From positions 1 through 62,235 of the forward strand of contig JAEDGJ010000001.1 of assembly GCA_016297585.1 (NCBI GenBank): a DNA stretch of 62,235 nt. Reading direction: 5' to 3'. Shown piece by piece: positions 18,957-26,722 of this stretch (position 1 is the stretch's first letter; each line of letters opens with the position of its first letter). Made by a program: the position numbers and the translations under genes. This stretch comes from Clostridiaceae bacterium. GTDB lineage: Bacteria > Bacillota > Clostridia > Oscillospirales > QAMX01. The notes under the pieces are model-generated. The model worked only from the letters and a program-made list of their open reading frames with translations, was not told where the DNA came from and did not search any database.

Positions 18957-19697
18957 CTATCCGCGGAGCTTTAACAGGGGCACTTCCTGCGCGTCGAGAC
19001 GCGCCGCGATGTTGGAAAAGGCACGCGCGGCAAGGGCGTGCGGGGGCAGGAGCTGTCCGGAGGCGCCGGAAATCAGCACGTTTTCGTCCTCGGGGACGAT
19101 GCCCAGAAGCGGCAGTCCCGCCATGTCCATGGCGTCGTCGATGTTGGGCGTGTTGTTGCGCGAGATCATTTTCGGACGGACGCGGTTGACGATGAGCTTA
19201 TACTGGTCGAAGCCGATCTCCTCCAGCAGCGCGACGGTGCGGTCGGCGCTGCGCAGGCTGATGATGTCCGGCGTGGCGACGACGACCGCCCGGTCCGCGG
19301 CATAGGCCGCGCGGCGGAATTCGGTGCCGAGCCCTGCCGGCGCGTCGATCAGCACGAAATCGAAGGTCCCCGCGTGCATCGCCGCATCCGTTACGCGGCG
19401 CAGCGCGTCGGGCGCGATTCCCTGCGGGGAAAGCGGCGCGGCTAAAAGGAAAAGACCGGGACGTTCGGGATGCTCGGCGACGGCGTCGGAGAGTCCGGCG
19501 CGGTTTTCCGCCACGTCGGTGAAATCGAACAGCGCGTTGTCATACATGCCGAGCGTCAGGTCGAGCGAACGCACGCCGACATCGGCGTCGATGACGAGAC
19601 AGGTCAGTCCGCGCGCCGCCAGCGCAGCGCCGACGCCCGCCGTAACCGTCGTTTTGCCGGTGCCGCCCTTCCCGGATGCGATTACAATACATTCCAT
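18957..19697 (-). CDS. MinD/ParA-family ATPase (MinD-like)
   Basis: 246 aa. Deviant Walker A SGKGGTGKTT, Walker B FVLIDAPAG. No minC/minE in the window. Confidence 0.8.
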   Translation of the reverse strand: MECIVIASGKGGTGKTTVTAGVGAALAARGLTCLVIDADVGVRSLDLTLGMYDNALFDFTDVAENRAGLSDAVAEHPERPGLFLLAAPLSPQGIAPDALRRVTDAAMHAGTFDFVLIDAPAGLGTEFRRAAYAADRAVVVATPDIISLRSADRTVALLEEIGFDQYKLIVNRVRPKMISRNNTPNIDDAMDMAGLPLLGIVPEDENVLISGASGQLLPPHALAARAFSNIAARLDAQEVPLLKLRG

Positions 19698-19744
19698 ACC
19701 CGTTATTGCCCGCTTTTCATCGAACTTTTAGCCAGAGCACATTT

Positions 19745-19773
19745 ATTATACACCTTTTTGCGCAATTAGACAA
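19745..19773 (-). promoter_or_regulatory. Putative promoter of the MinD-like/mgsA/hisS/aspS string (TTGTCT-17-TATAAT)
   Basis: Minus strand reads TTGTCT aatTGCGCAaaaaggtg TATAAT, about 45 nt upstream of ATG 19697. Confidence 0.55.
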
Positions 19774-19925
19774 GGGGCATCCGCAAAAATAAAGAATTAT
19801 TTCCCCAAAATACAAAATATTCCCGCGATTTTCCCGCAGGGGAAGCAAAAAACACAAAACAACAGCCCGCCCTCCCGCTTTCGCAGCGCGGAAAAGGCGG
19901 ACTGAGTTCTCCCTGTGCCGTGATC

Positions 19926-20609
19926 TTATTCCGCCCGCGAGAACGCTGCGATGATATAGCCGTAGGCAGAGTCCTCCTGCGCGCGCAGATCGATGTAATA
20001 GCGGCCGGCAACGGTCGGCTCCGTACCGGATGCGGAACTGTCGTATACGACGACGGTCAGCTCCGCACAGGACGCGTCCTCCCGGTAGGCGATCGCTTCA
20101 ATGTAGGCGCCGTATTTCGCGGGACGGCCGGATCTGACGGTATAGACGTCGCGGGATTCGTCGTAGCTGACATAGTCTGCGAGATCGGCGGCGGCCGTTT
20201 TCCATACCGCGCCGCCGAGCGTATTCCGCTGCAGCGCTTCAAACGCGGCCGAGGTGACCGTCAGGCCGTCTTTCGAGGCGGTGACGCCGTCGCAGGTGAC
20301 GCCGTTATAGATGAGCATATTGTAAAAATAGGTCCAGCCGAAGTTATCGTCCGGGACATTCGTGATCGAATCGGGGTATTCCTGCACGGCGCAGGCGAAG
20401 GAATAAAGCACGCCGGACATGGCGGCAAGGCGGTTGTCCATATCGTTCTCAAAGAATGCCGCAAGCTCGTCGGAAGCGCTGACGGAGGCGGCGGGCGTCG
20501 TGAAAGGCGTTGTCGTGGCGGACGGCTGCCCGGAGGCGCTTCCGTTGTCACAGGCCGCAAGTGTCAGCAGCGCGGTGATGGCGAGTACGAAGCAGAGAGC
20601 CTTTTTCAT
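19926..20609 (-). CDS. Hypothetical lipoprotein
   Basis: 227 aa. Signal peptide with lipobox LAAC (MKKALCFVLAITALLTLAACD) followed by a Ser/Thr/Ala-rich linker. Confidence 0.7.
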   Translation of the reverse strand: MKKALCFVLAITALLTLAACDNGSASGQPSATTTPFTTPAASVSASDELAAFFENDMDNRLAAMSGVLYSFACAVQEYPDSITNVPDDNFGWTYFYNMLIYNGVTCDGVTASKDGLTVTSAAFEALQRNTLGGAVWKTAAADLADYVSYDESRDVYTVRSGRPAKYGAYIEAIAYREDASCAELTVVVYDSSASGTEPTVAGRYYIDLRAQEDSAYGYIIAAFSRAE

Positions 20610-20643
20610 GCGGATACCTCACTTTTTGCGAATAGCGGATATT

Positions 20644-20672
20644 AGTATAACGCACCTTGCGCATTTTTGCAA
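20644..20672 (-). promoter_or_regulatory. Putative promoter of the lipoprotein gene (TTGCAA-17-TATACT)
   Basis: Minus strand reads TTGCAA aaaTGCGCAaggtgcgt TATACT, about 35 nt upstream of ATG 20609. Confidence 0.55.
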
Positions 20673-20709
20673 GGGGAATTCGCGGATATTAACAAAATTT
20701 CATCAATCT

Positions 20710-22059
20710 TCAGGCAACCGCCCGGTTTTCCCAGCGTCCCGAGCACAATCTGGGAACAAAAAGCGCGGTTCGGACTGCCCAGTCCACATACAGCGCGATC
20801 CAGATGCCCATGAGTCCGCCGTTCATCCGGACGCCGAAGACCCACGACAGCAGTACGCGCACGACCCACATGACCGCGAGCGACGACCCGACGGTGTACC
20901 GCACGTCGCCCGCCGTCCGCAGCGCCGACGGAATGACGAACGCGGTCGTCCACAGCGGGATCGCGAGAATGAACGAGCGGCAGACGGCGACGGAGACCGG
21001 GATGACCGCCGGATCGTCCGTGAAAAGTCCGACCAGCGGCCCGAGCAGGAACCAGACCGGGACGCATACGACAAGCTGCAGCAGGAACGCGGCGAGCGCC
21101 GTGTACCAGCCGTGCCGCCGTGCCGCGGCGTAGTCGTGCGCGCCGACGGCATAGCCCACGAGCGTGATCGTCAGGAGACACATGGCGTTCCCGGGGATCT
21201 CGATGAGAGAGATGACGGAGTTGACGACCGAGTTTGCGGCGATGACGGCGGTGCCCATGCCGGTCATGAAGACCTGCACCAAAAGCTTGCCGCCGTTGAA
21301 CATCGCGGTGTCGAGCCCCATCGGGACGCCGATGGAGACGACCGGACGGATCTGCTGCCAGCGGACGGGGAAAAACCGGCGCAGCTGCAGCGGAAACGAA
21401 GGCCGGAGCATGAATACGATCAGCAGTGCCGCACCCGCGATCCGTGCCGCGAGGAGCCCCGCCGCCGCGCCGGTGACGCCCAGCTCGAAGCCGTAGATCG
21501 TGACGGCGCAGACCCCGGTGTTGACGGCGTTCATCAGCAGCGCCGCGGCCATCGGCGCACGGCTGTTGCCGCAGCCGCGGAGTGCCGCCGACAGCAGCGA
21601 CATGACGGCGGCAAACGGGACGGACAGGGCGCTTGCCGCGAGATAGATGCGCGCGCCTTCGAGCACCGCGGGCTCCGCCGCGCCGAACAGTCCCGACAGC
21701 AGCGGCCGCGCAAACAGGAGCAAAAGAAGCGCGATGCCGCAGGACGCGAGCACCGTGACGCAGCCGAACTGCGCGACGGCGTCCGACGCCTGCTCCCGCT
21801 TCCGCGCGCCGATATACTGCGCGGTGACGGCCGCCGCGCCGGAGGACACGGAGATCAGCATGTTCACGATCACGTTGTTCAGGGAGCTGACGACGCCGAC
21901 GGCGGAGATGGCGGCGGAGCCGGCGTGACCGACCATGACGGTGGAGATGAAGCTGACGAAGGTGTTCATCGCCTGCTCGGCGAGGATGGGCAGATATAGA
22001 AGGATGACGCTTCTTGTGCAGAAGCTTTCACGGAAGGATTTCAGCGGGCTGCGCATCAT
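20710..22059 (-). CDS. MATE family efflux transporter
   Basis: 449 aa, about 12 TM, two-fold internal repeat architecture typical of NorM/DinF-type MATE proteins. GGGAG SD upstream. Confidence 0.85.
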   Translation of the reverse strand: MMRSPLKSFRESFCTRSVILLYLPILAEQAMNTFVSFISTVMVGHAGSAAISAVGVVSSLNNVIVNMLISVSSGAAAVTAQYIGARKREQASDAVAQFGCVTVLASCGIALLLLLFARPLLSGLFGAAEPAVLEGARIYLAASALSVPFAAVMSLLSAALRGCGNSRAPMAAALLMNAVNTGVCAVTIYGFELGVTGAAAGLLAARIAGAALLIVFMLRPSFPLQLRRFFPVRWQQIRPVVSIGVPMGLDTAMFNGGKLLVQVFMTGMGTAVIAANSVVNSVISLIEIPGNAMCLLTITLVGYAVGAHDYAAARRHGWYTALAAFLLQLVVCVPVWFLLGPLVGLFTDDPAVIPVSVAVCRSFILAIPLWTTAFVIPSALRTAGDVRYTVGSSLAVMWVVRVLLSWVFGVRMNGGLMGIWIALYVDWAVRTALFVPRLCSGRWENRAVA

Positions 22060-22139
22060 GAAAAAGAGGCTCCCTTCCGATACGGAATTTGATTCGGTTG
22101 ACGGAACCGTCCGGAACCGCCCGGTTTACGAAATGTTAT

Positions 22140-22164
22140 CCCCATTTTCCCCGAAGTTTTCCCC
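22140..22164 (-). repeat. G-tract direct repeat, copy 1 (minus strand GGGGAAAACTTCGGGGAAAATGGGG)
   Basis: Plus strand is CCCCATTTTCCCCGAAGTTTTCCCC. It matches copy 2 at 23 of 25 positions. Confidence 0.8.
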
Positions 22165-22225
22165 AGGGCTTCTCCGGCGTTTTGCGGAGAAAAAGGCGTT
22201 TAATAGGCGCCGCAGATTCGGCTTT

Positions 22226-22250
22226 CCCCATTATCCCCAAAGTTTTCCCC
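22226..22250 (-). repeat. G-tract direct repeat, copy 2 (minus strand GGGGAAAACTTTGGGGATAATGGGG)
   Basis: Plus strand is CCCCATTATCCCCAAAGTTTTCCCC, 86 nt from copy 1, same orientation. Confidence 0.8.
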
Positions 22251-22359
22251 GGGTGCTGCGGGGAATGCGTTTGACATAAAAAAGTTTTCCGGTCGGATTC
22301 GAATACTGCCTGTAAATTCAACGCGGATTTTGCCTTCCGGAGGCCGGACCGGGCGCTTT

Positions 22360-23379
22360 TCAGGGCGCAAAGCTTGCGCTGATCGGCAAAGTCGCGCGCG
22401 CGTTGAGGGACGCTCCTGCCCGCACGCCGGCGAGGTACTCGTAATACGCCTGGCAGGCGATCATCGCGCCGTTGTCGCCGCAGAGAGACACGGGCGGCAG
22501 ATACAGATGCAGCCCCGCGGCGGCCGACTCGCGCTCGAGCCGCGCGCGCAGCACGGAATTCGCCGCGACGCCGCCCGCGACGCAGAGCGTATCCCGCCCG
22601 CAGCGCTTCGCACCTTCGACGGCGCGGGGAACGAGGATGTCCGCGACCGCTTCGCAGAAGGAGGCGGCAAGCCCCGGCGCGTCGAGCGGCTCGCCGCGCT
22701 GGGCGGCGTTGTGCGCGGTGTTGCGCACGGCGGTCTTCAGTCCGGAAAAAGAAAAATCCAGCGGCGCGTCGTCCACATGGGCGCGGGGCAGCTTATAGGC
22801 GTGCGGATCGCCGGTTTTGGCAAGCCGGTCGATCTCCAGCCCGCCGGGATACGGCAGTCCCAGCACGCGGGCGGCCTTGTCGAACGCCTCTCCCGCCGCG
22901 TCGTCGCGCGTCGTGCCGAGGATGCGCATGTCGGTATAGTCCCGCACGTCGACGATCAGCGAATGCCCGCCGGAGACGACGAGGCAGCAGAACGGCGGAC
23001 GGAGCTCCGGGAAGGCGATGTAGTTGACGGAGATATGCCCGCGCATATGATGGACGGGGATGAGCGGGAGATCCCGCGCGAGGGCGTAGGCCTTCGCAAA
23101 ATTGACGCCCACGAGCAGCGCGCCGATCAGACCCGGCGCGTAGGTCACCCCCACGGCGTCGAGGTCGTCCGGACGGAGCCCGGCCCGGCGCAGCGCTTCC
23201 TCGACGACGCCGGCGATGCCCTCCAGATGGCGGCGGGACGCGATCTCGGGGACGACGCCGCCGAAAACCGCGTGCATATCGGCCTGCGAGAGGACGACGT
23301 TGGAGAGAATGGTCCTCCCGTCGAGGGAAACGGCGGCGGCCGTCTCGTCGCAGGAGCTTTCAATCGCTAAGATTCGCAA
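22360..23379 (-). CDS. tsaD: tRNA N6-adenosine threonylcarbamoyltransferase
   Basis: 339 aa. MRILAIESSCDETAAAV N-terminus and metal-binding VHHMRGH motif. Confidence 0.95.
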   Translation of the reverse strand: MRILAIESSCDETAAAVSLDGRTILSNVVLSQADMHAVFGGVVPEIASRRHLEGIAGVVEEALRRAGLRPDDLDAVGVTYAPGLIGALLVGVNFAKAYALARDLPLIPVHHMRGHISVNYIAFPELRPPFCCLVVSGGHSLIVDVRDYTDMRILGTTRDDAAGEAFDKAARVLGLPYPGGLEIDRLAKTGDPHAYKLPRAHVDDAPLDFSFSGLKTAVRNTAHNAAQRGEPLDAPGLAASFCEAVADILVPRAVEGAKRCGRDTLCVAGGVAANSVLRARLERESAAAGLHLYLPPVSLCGDNGAMIACQAYYEYLAGVRAGASLNARATLPISASFAP

Positions 23380-23840
23380 TTCGATTCGTTTCCTTTCGGC
23401 ACGGCGGGTTCGCGTCTCATGCAGACGGCGTCCTCCGCCGGATGTTCGTAATAGCCGCGGCGTATGCCGGTCCGGGAAAAGCCCTCGCTGCGGTAGAGAG
23501 CCAGCGCCGGTATATTGGACGCCCGGACTTCGAGAAAAGTTGCGTTTTTTGGAAATTCTTCAAAAAAAGCGCGAAGCAGCGCCCGGGCGACCCCGAGACG
23601 GCGGTATTCGGGCAGCACCGCGACGCGCAGGATCTCCGATTCGTCGAAAATGACCGACGCGCAGAGGTAGCCCGCTATCCGCCCGTCCGCGACGGCGGCG
23701 CGCAGGACGGTAAACGGCGACGCGGCGCTCTTCCGCAGCTCCCGCACGCTCCACGGGTCGGAAAAGCAGGCCGCCTCGACCGCCGCCGCGCCGTCCAGCA
23801 TGGCGTCCGTGACGGGGACGATCTCAGCCCTTTGCGTCAT
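23367..23840 (-). CDS. rimI: Ribosomal-protein-alanine N-acetyltransferase
   Basis: Start set to ATG 23840, giving 157 aa. GNAT fold (LRVAVLPEYRRLGVARALL). Overlaps tsaD by 13 nt, matching the conserved rimI-tsaD pairing. Confidence 0.85.
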   Translation of the reverse strand: MTQRAEIVPVTDAMLDGAAAVEAACFSDPWSVRELRKSAASPFTVLRAAVADGRIAGYLCASVIFDESEILRVAVLPEYRRLGVARALLRAFFEEFPKNATFLEVRASNIPALALYRSEGFSRTGIRRGYYEHPAEDAVCMRREPAVPKGNESNCES

Positions 23841-26418
23841 ACCAGTTTTCTCCCCTCGTCGCCTCCGCGGAAAGCCGCACGTCAAGCGACGCGGCGCGCT
23901 CCATTTCCTCGCACAGCAGCGCCGTCACGGCCTCCGCCTCCTCCTTCGGCGCTTCGACGATCAGCTCGTCGTGTACCTGCAGGATCAGCTTTGCCGCGCG
24001 GTTTTCGTCCCGGAGACGGCGCTCGACGTTCAGCATCGCGCGCTTGATGATGTCGGCGGCGGTGCCCTGGATGGGCGTGTTCAGCGCGACCCTTTCCCCG
24101 AAGGCGCGGATGTTGTGGTTCGGGCTTTTCAGCTGCGGCAGCTCGCGGCGGCGGCCGAACAGCGTGGTGACGTATCCCTTTTCCTTGGCCTCGCGCCGGA
24201 TGTTTTCCATATACGCGCGCACGCCGGGGTAGCGCTCGAAATAGCGGGCGATATAGTCCTTCGCGGCGGCGCGGGAGATGCCGAGCTGACCCGCAAGCGC
24301 GTAATCGGAGATGCCGTAGACGATGCCGAAGTTGACGGCCTTCGCCGCACTTCTCTGCGCGGGCGTGACCTCCTCGGGCGGGATGCCCGCGACGGCGGCG
24401 GCGGTCGCGCGGTGGATGTCCTCGCCGCGGGCAAACGCCGCGAGCAGCGCCTCGTCGTGCGCGATATGCGCCAGCAGCCGCAGCTCGATCTGCGAATAGT
24501 CCGCGTCGACCAGCACGCAGCCCGGAGACGCGACGAACATCCGCCGCAGCTCCGCGCCGAGGGATTTCCGCACGGGGATGTTCTGCAGATTCGGGTCGGT
24601 GGACGACAGCCGTCCCGTCGCGGTGACGAGCTGCTGGAAATTGGAGTGGATGCGTCCGTCCGAGGGGGAGATGAAGCGGGGGAGCCCGTCGGCGTAGGTG
24701 CCGCGCAGCTTCGCGAGCTGGCGGTATTCGATGACGAGCGGGATGACGGGGTGGCTGCCGCGGAGGGATTCGAGCACGTCGATGTCGGTCGTCCAGCCGG
24801 TCTTCGTCTTTTTGCCGCCGGGGAGGGCGAGCGTTTCAAACAGCAGCTCGCCGAGCTGCTTTGGCGAGTTCAGATTGATCTCGGCGCCGGTCAGCTCCCG
24901 GACGCCCGCCTCGAGCTCCCGCAGCCGCGCGCCCAGCCGCTCCGAATAGGCGGCCAGCGCGTCCCGGTCGACGAGTACGCCGCGGTGCTGCATGGCGGCG
25001 AGCACCGGCGTCAGCGGCAGCTCCAGCTCCCGGTAGAGCGGCTCCATGCCGCGCTCGCGCAGCTTTTCCGCCAGCGCGCGGCGGAAGGGGGCGACCGCGT
25101 GCAGCTGCGCCGCGAGCGCGGGCTCCTGCTGCGGCGCGCCGAAGGGCGTCAGCAGCGCTTCCCAGTCGGGCGCGGGGACGGACAGACCGAGCGTTCTTTC
25201 GGCGGCGGCGTCCAGCGCGCAGCTTTCGCCGGGGTCGCAGAGATAGGCGGCGACGGCGGTGTCGTCCGCAAAGCCGCCGCAGGGGAGCCCTTCGCGCAGC
25301 GCCGCGAGCCAGAACGGCTTTGCGTCGTGCGTCAGCTTCGGCACGGCGGGGTCGAGCAGCGCCGCGAGCCTTTCGCGGTAATCGCCGTCGGAGACGCGCA
25401 GAACGGAAACTGCGCCGTTTTGCAGCACGCCGACCGCGGACAGCTCCGCGTCCGCGAGAACGACGGTTTCCTCGGGCGCTTCCTCCTCTGTTTTCGCCGC
25501 CGGTTCGTCAAAAACGCGCTCCGTCTTTCCGGCCGCCGCCGCGCGCTCCCGCAGGCCGAGCTGGACGATGAATTTGCGCAGCTCAAGCCGCTCAAACAGC
25601 GCAAGCAGGCGCCCGTCGTCCGGCTCGCGCAGCCGCAGGCCGTCGAGCGTGAATTCGAGCGGCGCGTGCCGGTCGATCTCGGCCAGTCCCCGGCTCATAT
25701 AGGCCGATTCCCGACCCTGCACGAGCTTTTCGCGGACGCCTTTTTTGATCGCGGGATCGCCGAGGTTCTCATATACGCCGTCGAGCGTGCCGAATTGCTG
25801 GATCAGCGCCAGCGCGGTCTTTTCGCCGACGCCCGGCACGCCCGGAATGTTGTCGGACGCGTCTCCCATCAGCGCCTTGACCTCGATCATCTGGCGCGGC
25901 GAGACGCCGTAGGTCTCGCGCAGCAGCGCGGGGGTATAGACGGTCGTGACGGGATGCCCCTCCTTTGTGGAGATCAGCCGCACGGAGGTCGTCTCGCCGA
26001 CGAGCTGGAAGCTGTCGCGGTCGCCGGTCACGATGCTGCACTCCCAGCCGTCCGTCTCCTCGCAGACGCGGGACACGGTGCCCAAAAGGTCGTCCGCCTC
26101 AAAGCCCGCGAGCTCCGCGCGCGGCACGCCCATCGCGTCGAGGATCTCCTTGAGCAGATCGAACTGCGGGATCAGCTCCTCCGGGCAGGGGCGGCGTCCG
26201 GCCTTGTAGCCGGAGAACTCCATGTGGCGGAAGGTCGGCGCATGGACGTCAAAGCAGGCGCAGACGGCGTCGGGCGCGCAGTCCGAAAGCAGCTTGAAAT
26301 AGTTGGTAAGAAACCCGTAAATGGCGTTGGTGTACTCGCCGCTTCTGGTCGAGAGCGGGCGGATCGCGTAAAACGCGCGGTTTAACAGACTGTTTGCGTC
26401 AAGCGCCAGCAGCTTCAA
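23824..26418 (-). CDS. polA: DNA polymerase I
   Basis: Start set to TTG 26418 (GGAGGG SD 9 nt upstream; product starts LKLLALDANSLLNRAFY). 864 aa. Pol motifs DYSQIELR, RSAAKAVNFGIVYG and QVHDELIVE. Confidence 0.93.
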   Translation of the reverse strand: MKLLALDANSLLNRAFYAIRPLSTRSGEYTNAIYGFLTNYFKLLSDCAPDAVCACFDVHAPTFRHMEFSGYKAGRRPCPEELIPQFDLLKEILDAMGVPRAELAGFEADDLLGTVSRVCEETDGWECSIVTGDRDSFQLVGETTSVRLISTKEGHPVTTVYTPALLRETYGVSPRQMIEVKALMGDASDNIPGVPGVGEKTALALIQQFGTLDGVYENLGDPAIKKGVREKLVQGRESAYMSRGLAEIDRHAPLEFTLDGLRLREPDDGRLLALFERLELRKFIVQLGLRERAAAAGKTERVFDEPAAKTEEEAPEETVVLADAELSAVGVLQNGAVSVLRVSDGDYRERLAALLDPAVPKLTHDAKPFWLAALREGLPCGGFADDTAVAAYLCDPGESCALDAAAERTLGLSVPAPDWEALLTPFGAPQQEPALAAQLHAVAPFRRALAEKLRERGMEPLYRELELPLTPVLAAMQHRGVLVDRDALAAYSERLGARLRELEAGVRELTGAEINLNSPKQLGELLFETLALPGGKKTKTGWTTDIDVLESLRGSHPVIPLVIEYRQLAKLRGTYADGLPRFISPSDGRIHSNFQQLVTATGRLSSTDPNLQNIPVRKSLGAELRRMFVASPGCVLVDADYSQIELRLLAHIAHDEALLAAFARGEDIHRATAAAVAGIPPEEVTPAQRSAAKAVNFGIVYGISDYALAGQLGISRAAAKDYIARYFERYPGVRAYMENIRREAKEKGYVTTLFGRRRELPQLKSPNHNIRAFGERVALNTPIQGTAADIIKRAMLNVERRLRDENRAAKLILQVHDELIVEAPKEEAEAVTALLCEEMERAASLDVRLSAEATRGENWYDAKG

Positions 26419-26486
26419 GGCAAAGATCCCTCCGTTTTTTCCCGGACGGCACGGCAGCCCGGAGCGTCCGTATTCTGACAGCCTCC

Positions 26487-26515
26487 AGTATAACACATTA
26501 TGCGCAAAAAAGCAA
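26487..26515 (-). promoter_or_regulatory. Putative promoter of polA-rimI-tsaD (TTGCTT-17-TATACT)
   Basis: Minus strand reads TTGCTT tttTGCGCAtaatgtgt TATACT, about 65 nt upstream of TTG 26418. Confidence 0.55.
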
Positions 26516-26627
26516 TGTATGGCGGCGCGGTTTTGAAGGCGGTATGGGAAACCGCGCCGGCGTTTGCGCACTTCGAAAGCAATGTTTTTAGTTTTTATTT
26601 CGTAAATTGTAAATATTCCGGCGGCTC

Positions 26628-26656
26628 TTGACAATCCGCGAACGGCGTGCTAGACT
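26628..26656 (+). promoter_or_regulatory. Putative promoter of the amidohydrolase gene (TTGACA-17-TAGACT)
   Basis: TTGACA at 26628-26633, 17-nt spacer, TAGACT at 26651-26656. Confidence 0.5.
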
Positions 26657-26722
26657 GGTCTTGACTCTGCGGTATGCACTGTCGAAAAAGTCAATTTCCT
26701 GACATATGAGGAGGAACCTTCG

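Noticed and set aside
22136-22250. The G-tract direct repeats as a mini CRISPR array.
   Set aside because: There are only two copies, 25 nt each, not palindromic, with an 86-nt period and no cas genes or leader.
22295-22304. GGATTCGAAT, i.e. a tRNA T-loop-like TTCGAATCC on the minus strand, as a possible tRNA or tRNA-derived att site.
   Set aside because: The flanking bases cannot form a T-stem, acceptor stem or anticodon arm, and no other tRNA features are present.
22089-22321. Small ORFs 22089-22274(+) and 22136-22321(-) in the tsaD-MATE spacer.
   Set aside because: They have no SD. Their apparent internal peptide repeats simply reflect translation of the DNA G/C-tract repeats. I treat the region as non-coding.
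23800-26385. 861-aa plus-strand ORF opposite polA.
   Set aside because: polA on the minus strand carries all the Pol I motifs. The plus-strand product is R/A/G/D-rich with no motif.
26419-26634. 72-codon N-terminal extension of polA (track start 26634).
   Set aside because: The extension covers the putative promoter and has no similarity to Pol I N-termini. TTG 26418 with a GGAGGG SD gives the canonical (M)KLLALDANSLL start.
26661-26694. Inverted repeat TTGACT-N22-AGTCAA between the promoter and the amidohydrolase start, as a possible AraC operator.
   Set aside because: The arms are only 6 bp with a long spacer, which is easily a chance occurrence. There is no second copy.
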